Below, in pieces: positions 26,993 to 37,896 of a stretch of 64,000 bases of DNA. The first letter of the stretch is position 1; each line of letters opens with the position of its first letter. The stretch spans positions 640,001-704,000 of the forward strand of contig OY759726.1 of NCBI GenBank assembly GCA_963662625.1, given 5' to 3'. The notes beneath the pieces are model-generated. The model ran no database searches. It was given only the letters and a program-made list of their open reading frames with translations, and was not told the DNA's origin. Made by a program: the position numbers and the translations under genes. Source of the stretch: Nitrosopumilus sp. GTDB taxonomy: Archaea; Thermoproteota; Nitrososphaeria; Nitrososphaerales; Nitrosopumilaceae.

Positions 26993-27796
26993 TTATAATC
27001 TTACGGGGACGCCCAGCTCCCGGAGCCTCCGCTTCACCCCGTTGACGCCGCGGGCCTCGTAGTGGAATATGGACGCCGCCAGCGCCGCGTCGGCGTTTGC
27101 CCGGGAGAGGACGTCGGCCATGTCGTCTGGGCTCCCGCAGCCGCCGGAGGCGACGACCGGGACGGAGACCGACGCCGCCGCCTCCCCGGTGAGCAGCGTG
27201 TCGTAGCCGTCCTTCGTGCCGTCCCTGTCGATGCTGGTAAGCAGTATCTCGCCGGCCCCGAGCGCCTCTGCCCTCCTGGCCCACCCCATGGCGTCGATGC
27301 CGGTCCCCCGCTTGCCCCCGTACGTGAAGACCTCGTACCAGAACCCCCTGCCGCCCTCGCGGAACACGCTGCCCCCCCGGCCTACGTCGTAGTTGCGCTT
27401 TGCGTCTATGGCAACCACGACGCACTGCCTGCCGAACAGCTCCGCCAGCCTGCCGACCAGGCCCGGGTCCCCCACGGCGCCCGTGTTTACCCCCACCTTG
27501 TCGGCGCCGTTGAGCAGTATGTTCCGCGCGTCGTCAACCGAGTTGACGCCGCCGCCCACGGTGAACGGGATGTCGATCACCCGCGCCACGTCCCGGACCA
27601 TGCCGGCGATCGCCCGCCGCCGCTCCTCCGACGCGGTGATGTCCAGGAAGACAAGCTCGTCGGCCCCCTCGCTGCTGTACCTCGCCGCAAGCTCCACGGG
27701 GTCGCCGGCGTCCCTCATGGACCCGAATTGCAGCCCCTTCACCACCCTGCCGTCCCTCACGTCGAGGCACGGTATGACCCTCTTGGTGAGCGTCAT
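26993..27796 (-). CDS. hisF: Imidazole glycerol phosphate synthase cyclase subunit
   Basis: [38 protein letters not shown]. Confidence 0.97.
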   Translation of the reverse strand: MTLTKRVIPCLDVRDGRVVKGLQFGSMRDAGDPVELAARYSSEGADELVFLDITASEERRRAIAGMVRDVARVIDIPFTVGGGVNSVDDARNILLNGADKVGVNTGAVGDPGLVGRLAELFGRQCVVVAIDAKRNYDVGRGGSVFREGGRGFWYEVFTYGGKRGTGIDAMGWARRAEALGAGEILLTSIDRDGTKDGYDTLLTGEAAASVSVPVVASGGCGSPDDMADVLSRANADAALAASIFHYEARGVNGVKRRLRELGVPVRL

Positions 27797-28500
27797 GCCA
27801 GGGCCTTTGCCTCCCTGATGCCCAGCTTCCCCTCGTAGAGCGCCCTGCCCAGGATCACGCCCGACGCGCCGCGCTCCCGGACCCTGCGCACGTCGTCCGG
27901 GCCAGATATCCCGCCGCTTGCGATCACGCTGGCTCCCCGGACGCCGCACGCCCGACCCAGAAAGTCCAGGTCCGGCCCCCGCATCGTCCCGTCCCTGCCC
28001 ACGTCGGTCAGGAGGAACTCGGTGAACCCGGCCGAGGCGAGTCCCCCCATGGCCTCGAGCAGCCCGACCCCGGCGCGCTCCCTCCACCCGCGGACGACGA
28101 CCTCCCCGCCGGCGTGGTCCACCGACACGACGACCCGCCCCATGCCGATCCGGGAGGAGGCCCTCTCGAGCGCCGGCCTGTCCTCGAACGCCATGGTCCC
28201 CACGACGATCCTGGCCGCGAGCGCCGCCGCCTCCTCGGCGGCCCCCTCGCTCCTCAGCCCCCCAGCTATCTCCACAGGTATGGACGCCTTCCCGGCGATC
28301 TCCCCCACCACGCCGCGGTTGGAGCCGCTGCCCAGCGCCGCGTCGAGGTCCACCAGGTGCAGCATGTCGGCGCCCTCCCGCTCCCACTCCCGGGCCACGG
28401 CGACCGGGTCGTCAGAGTACGCCGTCCTCTGCCGCGGGTCCCCCCTGTACAGCCGGACCACCCGGCCCCCCATCAGGTCGATTGCCGGGATCACCCTCAC
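27793..28500 (-). CDS. hisA: ProFAR isomerase
   Basis: VIPAIDL, LHLVDLD, TDVGRDG; GTG start. Confidence 0.96.
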   Translation of the reverse strand: MRVIPAIDLMGGRVVRLYRGDPRQRTAYSDDPVAVAREWEREGADMLHLVDLDAALGSGSNRGVVGEIAGKASIPVEIAGGLRSEGAAEEAAALAARIVVGTMAFEDRPALERASSRIGMGRVVVSVDHAGGEVVVRGWRERAGVGLLEAMGGLASAGFTEFLLTDVGRDGTMRGPDLDFLGRACGVRGASVIASGGISGPDDVRRVRERGASGVILGRALYEGKLGIREAKALA

Positions 28501-29105
28501 TTTCTGCACTCCCGGATGAAGTTGCGTATGATCGTGGCGCCGGCGCCGCCGGACTTTTCGGGGTGGAACTGCGTCCCGAAAAAGTTCCCGCTCTCGACCA
28601 CCGCGGGGATCATGTCCCCGTAGTCCGACTCTGCGGTGACTATGCCGCCGCTGGCCGGCGCCGCCCTGTACGAGTGCACAAAGTACGCCCAGGAGCCGTC
28701 GGGCACCCCCTCGAGGAGCCTCCCGGGCCTCCTGATCGCCAGGTCGTTCCATCCCATGTGCGGGATCTTCATCGACCGGGGCAGCGACACCACCTCGCCC
28801 CCCATCACCCCGAGGCCCTCCTCGTCCCCCTCCTGGCTCCTCTCGAAGAACATCTCCATCCCGAGGCATATCCCCAGCACCGGGGTGGACCCCCCGGCGT
28901 ACTCCAGGAGGCCGGCCCCGGGGGCCCCGGCCACCCTCCTGATCGCGGGATCAAAGCTTCCCACCCCGGGCAGCAGCAGGCCGTCAAACGCGTTAGGCCC
29001 CGCGAACTCCGTGATGACCCGCACGTCGGCCCCCTCCCGCTCCAGGGAGTTCCTCAGGCTGAAGATGTTCCCCGCGCCGTAGTCAAATATCGCCAGGCTG
29101 GTCAT
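28497..29105 (-). CDS. hisH: IGP synthase glutaminase subunit
   Basis: DYGAGN, GICLG, QFHPEKS. Confidence 0.97.
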   Translation of the reverse strand: MTSLAIFDYGAGNIFSLRNSLEREGADVRVITEFAGPNAFDGLLLPGVGSFDPAIRRVAGAPGAGLLEYAGGSTPVLGICLGMEMFFERSQEGDEEGLGVMGGEVVSLPRSMKIPHMGWNDLAIRRPGRLLEGVPDGSWAYFVHSYRAAPASGGIVTAESDYGDMIPAVVESGNFFGTQFHPEKSGGAGATIIRNFIRECRK

Positions 29106-29693
29106 CTACATCGAGCCCTTCGTGCTCGGGGGGCCCTCCTGCCGCGCGTCCGGCGACGACGCGGCCCTGAACGCCACCGCCAGCGCCTTGATGGCGGCCT
29201 CCACCATGTGGTGGTGGTTCTGCCCGTACCTCACCTCCAGGTGGACGCAGCAGTTGAGGTTCTGCAGCAGCGACTGGAAGAAGTGCCCGAGGTCCTCCCC
29301 CGAGACGCCCTCTATCCTGCCCCGCCCCAGTTCCATGCCGAGCTTCCAGTACGGCCGCCTTACCAGGTCCACCGTGGCCTCGGCAAGCGACTCGTCCATC
29401 GGCACCGACGCGTGGCCGAACCTGGCTATGCCGTCCCTGCCGCCCAGCGCCCCGTCCACCGCCGCCCCGATGGCGATCGCCGTGTCCTCGACGAGGTGGT
29501 GCTCGATCCCGTCAAGCGACCTGGCGGAGACCTCCAGGTCCGCCATGGCGTGCTTGCCGAACGCGGCCACCAGGTGGTCCAGGAAGCTTATCCCGGTGTC
29601 CGCCCCGGTCCTTCCCGTCCCGTCTATGTCGACCGACACCGACACGGCGGTCTCCTTGGTCTCCCTCTTGATGGTCGCCTTTCTCCCCCTCAT
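29106..29693 (-). CDS. hisB: Imidazoleglycerol-phosphate dehydratase
   Basis: RETKET, HHLVED, PMDESL, NHHHMVE, PSTKG. Confidence 0.97.
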   Translation of the reverse strand: MRGRKATIKRETKETAVSVSVDIDGTGRTGADTGISFLDHLVAAFGKHAMADLEVSARSLDGIEHHLVEDTAIAIGAAVDGALGGRDGIARFGHASVPMDESLAEATVDLVRRPYWKLGMELGRGRIEGVSGEDLGHFFQSLLQNLNCCVHLEVRYGQNHHHMVEAAIKALAVAFRAASSPDARQEGPPSTKGSM

Positions 29694-29720
29694 CTTGCCC
29701 ACACGGGTGTTACGGTTACG

Positions 29721-30689
29721 CTACTCTAAATTTAATGCCTTCGGAAGCAGGTTTACCGACGCCAGGGCCATCCGGGCCCCCCCGCGCCTGAACATCTCCA
29801 GCTTCTCCCCCGGGCTGCTGCTGGTCCCCGTGATCCCGCAGAATGCCGCGTCGGCCCCCAGCCTGGCGGCCTCCCCGGCCATGAGGAGGTCCTCCATCGA
29901 GTCCCCCACGTACAGGCAGCGGGACGAGCCCATGCCCCTCATGGAGCGGATCAGCGGCTCGGGGTTGGGCTTTGCCATCTCCCTCGGCTCGTCCTCGAGG
30001 AAGAAGGAGTTCTCCAGGTCGAACCAGTCTAGCAGCCCCCCCAGGGAGTGCCTGGCCGACTCCCTGCCGCGCCCCGTGACCAGCGCTACGTTCGTCCCGA
30101 ACCTGCCCCGGAGGGAGTCGAGCAGCCCCCCGCCTGCCAGGACCACGTCGTTTTCGATCAGCCCCGGCCCCGGGAACTCGGAGTCGCGGCCGTACAGCCT
30201 GCGGTACAGCCGCTGGCCGTAGAACATCTGGTCGAACGTCCTGCGCAGCGGGCTTTCTGCGCCCGTCCCGGGATATGCCATCCCGTCGGCGACGTCGGCG
30301 ACGTCGGCGAGCCCCCGGACGTACGCCTCCGCCGAGGCGATCCCCGTGGAGTCGCAGTGGGCGATCACGTCGAGCACGAACCGCCGCTGGTCCCTGCCCA
30401 GCCGCCTCGCCGCCGCTATGGAGAGCACCGCGGCGTACGCCAGGTCGACCTCGTCGTTGAACCCGCCGGTGGACTTGAACCCCTCGATCACCGCCTGGTC
30501 CACCGGCATGCCGTCGGCTATCCCCGCGTGCCTCTCCAGCGCGTGCCGCACCGTGCCGCGTATCGCGGCGCCGTATGAGCGCGCCACGTCGACCAGCACC
30601 CCGTCGCAGTCGAATACCACAGAGTCCACGTCCGGCGCCGCGGGGGGATCCCCGAGGTACACCATCTCGTCCACGTCGGCGGCGGTCAT
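29721..30689 (-). CDS. HAD-superfamily hydrolase (candidate histidinol phosphatase by context)
   Basis: FDCDGVL, KPNP, VGDS; lies inside the his operon. Confidence 0.85.
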   Translation of the reverse strand: MTAADVDEMVYLGDPPAAPDVDSVVFDCDGVLVDVARSYGAAIRGTVRHALERHAGIADGMPVDQAVIEGFKSTGGFNDEVDLAYAAVLSIAAARRLGRDQRRFVLDVIAHCDSTGIASAEAYVRGLADVADVADGMAYPGTGAESPLRRTFDQMFYGQRLYRRLYGRDSEFPGPGLIENDVVLAGGGLLDSLRGRFGTNVALVTGRGRESARHSLGGLLDWFDLENSFFLEDEPREMAKPNPEPLIRSMRGMGSSRCLYVGDSMEDLLMAGEAARLGADAAFCGITGTSSSPGEKLEMFRRGGARMALASVNLLPKALNLE

Positions 30690-31756
30690 CGCAGCAGGTC
30701 ACGTATCGCTAGCAGGAACCTGGAGTTCATCTCCCTGGTGCCGACCGTCACCCGGAGGCACCCCTCGTGGGAGCCGATCCGCCCCAGCTGCCGGATCGAG
30801 ATCCCCTGCTCGGCCAGCGCCGCCGAGACGCGCCTGTGGGCGCCGCGCGCGTCGAAAAGCACGAAGTTGGCCTTGGAGTCGAACACGTCGAACGCGTCGT
30901 GCTGGCGCAGCCCCTCGATGATCCGCGCCCGCTCCGACCTTACGGCGGCCGCGGCCTCGAGCATCTGCCGGGGCCTCTCGAGCGCCAGGATGCCCGACTC
31001 GATGGCGATGGTGCTCAGCGGGTACGGGTACTGGAGCACCCTGTTGAAGGCGTCGGCAAACCGCCTGCCCGAGATAAAGTACCCCAGCCTGAGCCCCGCC
31101 AGGCCGAACGCCTTGGAGAGCGTCCGCACCACGACCAGGTTGTCCATGGACCTCGCCATGCCCGACACCGTATGGTCGCCGAACTGCCCGTACGCCTCGT
31201 CGATTATGACCAGCCCGTCAAACGACCTCACGAGCTTGCGCAGGGACGCCCTGGGGAACTGGAACCCCGTGGGGTTGTTCGGGGAGTCCAGGTACAGTAT
31301 GTCGGCGCCGGCAGACGCCTCCAGGAACTCCCCGACGTCCAGCCTCATGTCCTCGGAGAACGGGATACCGGTCACCGGGACCGAGTACAGCCTGCACCGC
31401 TCCTCGAAGAACCCGAAGGTGGGATCCGACGTCAGGACCCTGGTCCGCCTCGACGCGAAGTTTGCCAGCACCAGGTCCAGTATCTGGTCCGACCCGTTGC
31501 CCACGCCGACCATGCCGGGCGGGACCCCGGCGAACTTCGAGATCGCGCGGATCAGCCGCTCCGTGCCGCCCAGCGGGTACTGCCGCACGTCGGAGCCCCG
31601 CCTCGCCGCCGAGATTATCTCCTGCTGGAACTGCCTGGGGACGGCGTAGTTCTCGTTGGAGTCAAGCCTCAGCGAGTCCCGCGGGGGCTCGGGCTTTTGG
31701 TACCCGGCGGCGGAGGCGTAGGCGTCCACCTTCCTCCCGAACCAGCCGGCCCTCAC
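30686..31756 (-). CDS. hisC: Histidinol-phosphate aminotransferase
   Basis: LDSNEN, PNNPTG, DEAY, RTLSKAFGLAGLRLG. Confidence 0.96.
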   Translation of the reverse strand: MRAGWFGRKVDAYASAAGYQKPEPPRDSLRLDSNENYAVPRQFQQEIISAARRGSDVRQYPLGGTERLIRAISKFAGVPPGMVGVGNGSDQILDLVLANFASRRTRVLTSDPTFGFFEERCRLYSVPVTGIPFSEDMRLDVGEFLEASAGADILYLDSPNNPTGFQFPRASLRKLVRSFDGLVIIDEAYGQFGDHTVSGMARSMDNLVVVRTLSKAFGLAGLRLGYFISGRRFADAFNRVLQYPYPLSTIAIESGILALERPRQMLEAAAAVRSERARIIEGLRQHDAFDVFDSKANFVLFDARGAHRRVSAALAEQGISIRQLGRIGSHEGCLRVTVGTREMNSRFLLAIRDLLR

Positions 31757-33027
31757 CGCAGCCTCCCCCGTACGGCCTCGTAGTGGTTCGGGAGCCCCTC
31801 GGCGCGCGCCAGCGCCCGCAGGGGCCCCGAGATCCTCGCCAGCGCCGCCCTGGAGGCGGTGACCTCGGTGCCCAGCTTGAGGAAGTCCAGCACGGAGAGC
31901 GACCCGCGCGCGGCGCCCGAGCCGTTGGTGGGCAGGACGTGGTTGGAGCCCAGGAGGTAGTCGCTTGCGGACGACGGGGTGTGGCCCCCCAGCAGCACCA
32001 TCCCGGGGGAGGTTATCCCGGCGGCCGTCCGCCGCGGGTCCCTCGTCATCACCTGGAGGTGCTCGGGGGCGAGCAGTTCCGCCAGGTCGGCCGCCGCCTT
32101 TTGGGACCGGCACACCGCGACGAACCCGTTCTCCCTGAGGCTCTGCCTCACGATGTCCCCCCTCTCCACGCCCCCGGCAAGCCGCAGCAGCTCGCGCCTG
32201 ACGGAGGACGCCAGCGACCGCGAGGAGGTGATCAGGAAGCACCTCGAGTCGCGGCCGTGCTCCGACTGGGAGACGAGGTCCAGCGCCACGTGCCTGGGGT
32301 CGGCCGAGGCGTCCGCGATTATGCCCAGCTCGGTGGGGCCGGCCAGCATGTCGATGGCCGTGCGCCTGCTCGCGACCGACTTTGCGAGCGTCACGAAAGA
32401 GCCACCCGGCCCAACGATCTTGTCCACCCTCGGTATCGACTCCGTCCCGACAGACAGCGCCGCGATGGCCTGCGCCCCGCCGGCCCGGTAGACCTCCGTC
32501 GCGCCGCAGATGCTCGCGGCCACCGCGGTCAGCGGGTCGACCCCGCCGCCGGGGGCCGGCGGGGACACGACCGCTATGCGCCCCACGCCGGCCACCCTCG
32601 CCGGGACGACCGACATCACGACGGAGCTCGCGTACCTCGCCAGGCCGCCGGGGACGTAGCACCCGGCGCTCCGGATCGGGACGAACCTCTTCGACACCCT
32701 GACCCCGCCGGACGCGACGGACCTGTCCCTCAGGGACGACCTCACGGCCGACTCCGTCCTCTCCAGCCTGGCCTTTGCCAGCCTGATCGCCCCCACCTCC
32801 TCCGGCGAGACCCTCCCGAACGCCTCCCTGATCTCGGCCCCGCCCACCGCCAGGGAGGGCGGCGCGGCCCCGGAGAACCTCCTCTCGTACCTGCGGACGG
32901 CGGCGTCCCCGTCCCTCCGGACGTCCCTGAATATGGCCTCGACCAGCGCGGCGTCCCCGCGGGGCGCCCCCGCCGCCAGCTTCTCGGCGGCGGCCGCGAC
33001 GTCGGTGACCTCGATTGTCCTGATCAA
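31753..33027 (-). CDS. hisD: Histidinol dehydrogenase
   Basis: YVPGG, GGAQAIAAL, KIVGPG, AGPTE, APEHL, GSNHVLPT; TTG start. Confidence 0.96.
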   Translation of the reverse strand: MIRTIEVTDVAAAAEKLAAGAPRGDAALVEAIFRDVRRDGDAAVRRYERRFSGAAPPSLAVGGAEIREAFGRVSPEEVGAIRLAKARLERTESAVRSSLRDRSVASGGVRVSKRFVPIRSAGCYVPGGLARYASSVVMSVVPARVAGVGRIAVVSPPAPGGGVDPLTAVAASICGATEVYRAGGAQAIAALSVGTESIPRVDKIVGPGGSFVTLAKSVASRRTAIDMLAGPTELGIIADASADPRHVALDLVSQSEHGRDSRCFLITSSRSLASSVRRELLRLAGGVERGDIVRQSLRENGFVAVCRSQKAAADLAELLAPEHLQVMTRDPRRTAAGITSPGMVLLGGHTPSSASDYLLGSNHVLPTNGSGAARGSLSVLDFLKLGTEVTASRAALARISGPLRALARAEGLPNHYEAVRGRLR

Positions 33028-34001
33028 TTCTCCTCGTCGCGCTTTATCTCCTCCAGCTCCAGTATCTGGCGCGGCTCGTGCACCACGAGCCCCTGCGCGA
33101 TCTTCCGCATGCGGGGGATGAGCTTGTGAAAGTCTTCTTTTCTTACCACGGTGTTCACGCCGTACCAGCCGTCCTCGCTCAGCGGGCTGACCGTCGGCCT
33201 CTTCAGGGACGGCACCTGCGCCAGGAGCCTGGCCAGGTTGGCCTCCCTCACGTTGAGGTATATGTGGAGGTACCTCCTCCCGCGCACCGCCCCCCTCATC
33301 AGCGTCACGATGTCGAAGATCTTCTCGCGCTTGGCTGGGTCCCCGAGGGAGCCGCGGTTGGCGATCAGGTGCGCCGTCGACGAGAGCACCTCGTCGGCTA
33401 TCCTGAGCTTGTTCTGCCTCAGCGTGGTCCCCGTCTCGGTCACGTCCATTATCGCGTCGGCGTCGTCGGGGGGCTTGGCCTCGGTGGCGCCAAACGACAG
33501 GTGGATCTGCACGGCCCTGTTGGTGCCCATCCTCTTCCACGGGGTGACGGTGAGCGGCTCCTTGGAGCCGTGGTACCTCTTGTAGGACTTTAGCTGCTTG
33601 AGGAACCTGGCCGCCGTCGTCAGGTACTCCGAGGATATGCGGAGCGTCTTCTTTTTTTTGCCATAGTCGGCGATCATGGAGTCGAGGTCGGCGTAGCGGT
33701 ACTTGTCGGGGAACGCCACCACCAGGCGGATCCGCCCGTACTCCAGGTCCAGCATCGGCGCGACGTCGGCCCCGGTCTCCGCGACCCAGTCCCTCCCGGT
33801 TATCCCCACGTCGTACAGGCCCTCGTGCACCAGCGTGGGGATCTCCTGCGGGCGCAGCATCTTGACTACTATGCCCGGGTCGTCGAGGAACACGCGGTAG
33901 GTCCTGCCCTTCCTGTTGACCCGGGTCCAGGACCTCTCGAGGATCCTGAAGGTGGCCTCCTCGAGGCTGCCCTTGGGGATCGCGAACTTTACCTGGGCCA
34001 T
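33024..34001 (-). CDS. hisG: ATP phosphoribosyltransferase
   Basis: AIPKGSL, GITGRD, GATEAKP, DVTETGTTL. Confidence 0.96.
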   Translation of the reverse strand: MAQVKFAIPKGSLEEATFRILERSWTRVNRKGRTYRVFLDDPGIVVKMLRPQEIPTLVHEGLYDVGITGRDWVAETGADVAPMLDLEYGRIRLVVAFPDKYRYADLDSMIADYGKKKKTLRISSEYLTTAARFLKQLKSYKRYHGSKEPLTVTPWKRMGTNRAVQIHLSFGATEAKPPDDADAIMDVTETGTTLRQNKLRIADEVLSSTAHLIANRGSLGDPAKREKIFDIVTLMRGAVRGRRYLHIYLNVREANLARLLAQVPSLKRPTVSPLSEDGWYGVNTVVRKEDFHKLIPRMRKIAQGLVVHEPRQILELEEIKRDEEN

Positions 34002-34034
34002 CTCGTATCCATGGGGGCGGGCCATATAATATGT

Positions 34035-35288
<1,254 letters not shown>

Positions 35289-35289
35289 G

Positions 35290-36384
35290 CTACCTCACTA
35301 TCCTCAGCAGCTTGTCGTCCCTGCTGTCCGGGAAGCCCTTCCCGTCCGTGTTGGAGGTGATCACGTAGAGGCTCCCGTCGTCCCCGGACGCCACGTCCCT
35401 GACCCTTCCCGTGCCGCTGAGGATGGACTTTTGGGACGGCAGCCCCTCCTCAAAGTCCAGCTGGTACAGGTTCGCGGCGCGCAGCGACGCCATCACGAAC
35501 GGGGAGCCCAGGCCCAGCCTGTCCCCGGAGTAGTGCAGGATGCCGCCGGGCTCTATGCTGGGGTCGTAGCACAGGACCGCGTCCTCGAACCTGTCGTCGC
35601 CCCCGCACTCCTGCTCCGGCCACCCGTAGTTGCCCCCGGGCAGGACCAGGTTGATCTCGTCGTTCTTGTCGGGGCCGAGCTCCGCCAGGTACATGTTGCC
35701 GGCCGCGTCCCATGCCATCCCCTGCGGGTTCCTGTGGCCGTACGAGTACACCGGCGATCCCGGGAAGGGGTTGTCTGCGGGCACGCTCCCGTCCGGGTTG
35801 AGCCGCAGCACCTTTCCCGATAGCGAGCCGAGGTCCTGCGGCATGTGCGAGGAGTCCGAGACGCTCCCCGTGCCCACGTACAGCTTCCCGTCGGGGCCGA
35901 ACTTCAAGAACCCCCCGTTGGAGAAGGCCGAGCCCGGGATCCCGTCAAACACGGTGCTGGCGCCTGCCAGCCTGTTCCCGGACTCCGTGATGCGCAGCAC
36001 CTTGTTCCAGAGGCCGCCGCCCTCCTCGTACGTGAGGAACACGTAGATGAAGTGGTTCGATGAAAAGTCGGGATCCAGCGCCACCCCCAGCAGCCCCCCG
36101 TCGAAGACGTCGGCCGGGCGCAGGGTCGCCAGCGGCTCCTCGAGGAGGATGCCGCCCTGGACCACCCTGATGGTGCCGCCCTTCTCCGTGACGAAGACCC
36201 TGTCCCCGGACACGGCTATGGACCTCGGGCGGGAGAGGTTTTCTGCCAGGACCTCCACGGGGCCGCCCCCCGGCCCCCCCGGCCCGGGTTCGGGCAGCGG
36301 GATGGGGTCGTCCGGGGAGCTGAGCACTAGGATGGAGAACGTCACGCCTGCGGCGATCGCCCCGATGCTGAGTCTCTTGTCCAC
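35290..36384 (-). CDS. PQQ-dependent sugar dehydrogenase (GSDH family), membrane-anchored or exported
   Basis: FGPDGKLYVGTG, YGHRNPQG, DEIN, NYGWP; GTG start before a hydrophobic segment. Confidence 0.9.
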   Translation of the reverse strand: MDKRLSIGAIAAGVTFSILVLSSPDDPIPLPEPGPGGPGGGPVEVLAENLSRPRSIAVSGDRVFVTEKGGTIRVVQGGILLEEPLATLRPADVFDGGLLGVALDPDFSSNHFIYVFLTYEEGGGLWNKVLRITESGNRLAGASTVFDGIPGSAFSNGGFLKFGPDGKLYVGTGSVSDSSHMPQDLGSLSGKVLRLNPDGSVPADNPFPGSPVYSYGHRNPQGMAWDAAGNMYLAELGPDKNDEINLVLPGGNYGWPEQECGGDDRFEDAVLCYDPSIEPGGILHYSGDRLGLGSPFVMASLRAANLYQLDFEEGLPSQKSILSGTGRVRDVASGDDGSLYVITSNTDGKGFPDSRDDKLLRIVR

Positions 36385-36514
36385 GCAGGTATGGTCGCGC
36401 CGGATCCTATTAATTACTTTCAGGCCCAGCGGCCTGCCGCGTGACCGGGTTCCCGGGCACGGAAAGGCAGCCCCGGGGGCCGGTACGGGCGGGGCCGCGC
36501 GGCAGGCCGGGCCC

Positions 36515-37760
36515 CAGTTAAGCGAAAAGTAGACCAAATAGTCAACTCTCGCAATTCCAAACAGATCAACAGGGGATGGGCCCCGACAAGACTTGAATTG
36601 TCTCGAAACAAGACCCGCCAGGGCCGCGACATGGTGAACGACCCCCGCCTATATCAGGGTGTCGTCTCCGGCATGCGCGGGTTCCTGGCCCCGCTCATGC
36701 GGCCAGCGGGCCGCAACGCCGTGTTCGGAGTGGACGCCCTCAACCGGGGCATGCTTGGGGCCGCGCTCCGGGACTCGTCGGTCGGGGGGTGCGCCAACGC
36801 GGCCAAGGCCGTGCACGGCAGGGCGGCCCCCTCGGACAGGTGGTTCGCCTCGGCGCTCAGGGGGGCAGGCGGCGCCGGGATCCAGGATGCCCTCGGCGGC
36901 GCCGTGGGGAGGCAGGCGGCCGCGCTCAAAAAGGCCGGAAGGCTGCCCCGCAAGCCCTCCATCGCCATCGACATGCACCTGATACCGCGCTACGATTCCG
37001 CGCCGGGGCCCGGGCTGACCCGCTCCAGGAGCAAGAACGGGACCAAGCTGTTCGAGAGGTACATCACGGTCCAGTGCGTCGGGGGCAGGTACCCGCTGGT
37101 TTTGGGCGCGTACCGCGTGAACATGTTCGATTCCGTGCCTGGTTTCGTCGAAAAGGCGCTGCGGTCGGTACGGGACGCCGGAATCGGGCCCGGCCTCGTC
37201 CTGCTGGACAGGGAGTTCTTCACGGTGGAGACGATCAGGGCGCTGGACAGGGCCCGCGTCGGGTACCTCATGCCGTGCAGGAACACCGGCAACGTGGTGG
37301 CCGCGCTGCGGGAGTTCGCGCGCAACGCCAGGCCCGGCGTGTCCCCGGTGACGATCGAGGGGCGGAACTCCGCGGGGTACCACATCAAGATCGAGGAGAG
37401 GAAGAAGTGCGACGATCCCTCCGTCCCCGAGGAGCGGTACATCGGGTTTGCGACCAACCGCCCCGCAGCCAGCGCAAGGGGGTACCCGCGCAGGTGGGGC
37501 ATCGAGACGTCGTACAGGGTTATAGAGTCCATGAGGGCCAAGACCAGGGTCGCCGACGAGGGGGCCCGCATGCTGTGCTTCTACTACTCGCTGCTGGCGT
37601 ACAACGAGTGGGTGGTGGTGCGGGCCGTCCTTTCTGGAAGGGGTTGCAGGAACGGCGTGATGACCCAGCGGGCGTTCGCCTACCAGTTGGAGTCGGCCCG
37701 GATACTGGAGCCCAAGCCCCCGCCATGAGGGGGCAGGATCGGGTACATTTCGCTTAACTG
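36515..37760 (+). mobile_element. ISH3-type (IS4-like) insertion sequence, apparently intact
   Basis: TIRs CAGTTAAGCGAAAAGTA / TACATTTCGCTTAACTG and a 5-bp target duplication GGCCC. Confidence 0.9.
36598..37728 (+). CDS. DDE transposase of the ISH3-type element
   Basis: IAIDMH, LLDREF, YPRRWGIETSYR. Confidence 0.9.
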   Translation: MSRNKTRQGRDMVNDPRLYQGVVSGMRGFLAPLMRPAGRNAVFGVDALNRGMLGAALRDSSVGGCANAAKAVHGRAAPSDRWFASALRGAGGAGIQDALGGAVGRQAAALKKAGRLPRKPSIAIDMHLIPRYDSAPGPGLTRSRSKNGTKLFERYITVQCVGGRYPLVLGAYRVNMFDSVPGFVEKALRSVRDAGIGPGLVLLDREFFTVETIRALDRARVGYLMPCRNTGNVVAALREFARNARPGVSPVTIEGRNSAGYHIKIEERKKCDDPSVPEERYIGFATNRPAASARGYPRRWGIETSYRVIESMRAKTRVADEGARMLCFYYSLLAYNEWVVVRAVLSGRGCRNGVMTQRAFAYQLESARILEPKPPP

Positions 37761-37805
37761 GGCCCTTGGGAAAGCGTATTATACGGCCCGGATCCATGTA
37801 GGGTC

Positions 37806-37895
37806 AGCGGGGTGGGGAAGTCAGGCCATTTGGGACTAGGTCATCCCGGCGGGCTCATAACCCGCAAATCAGTAGTTCAAATCTACTCCCCGCTA
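37806..37895 (+). tRNA. Initiator tRNA-Met (CAT) with a 15-nt D-loop intron (37825-37839)
   Basis: Acceptor stem AGCGGGG/CCCCGCT (A1-U72, one mismatch), GCGGG-CTCATAA-CCCGC anticodon arm and GTTCAAATC T-loop. BHB motif AGTC-AGG...GACT-AGG. Confidence 0.93.
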
Positions 37896-37896
37896 C

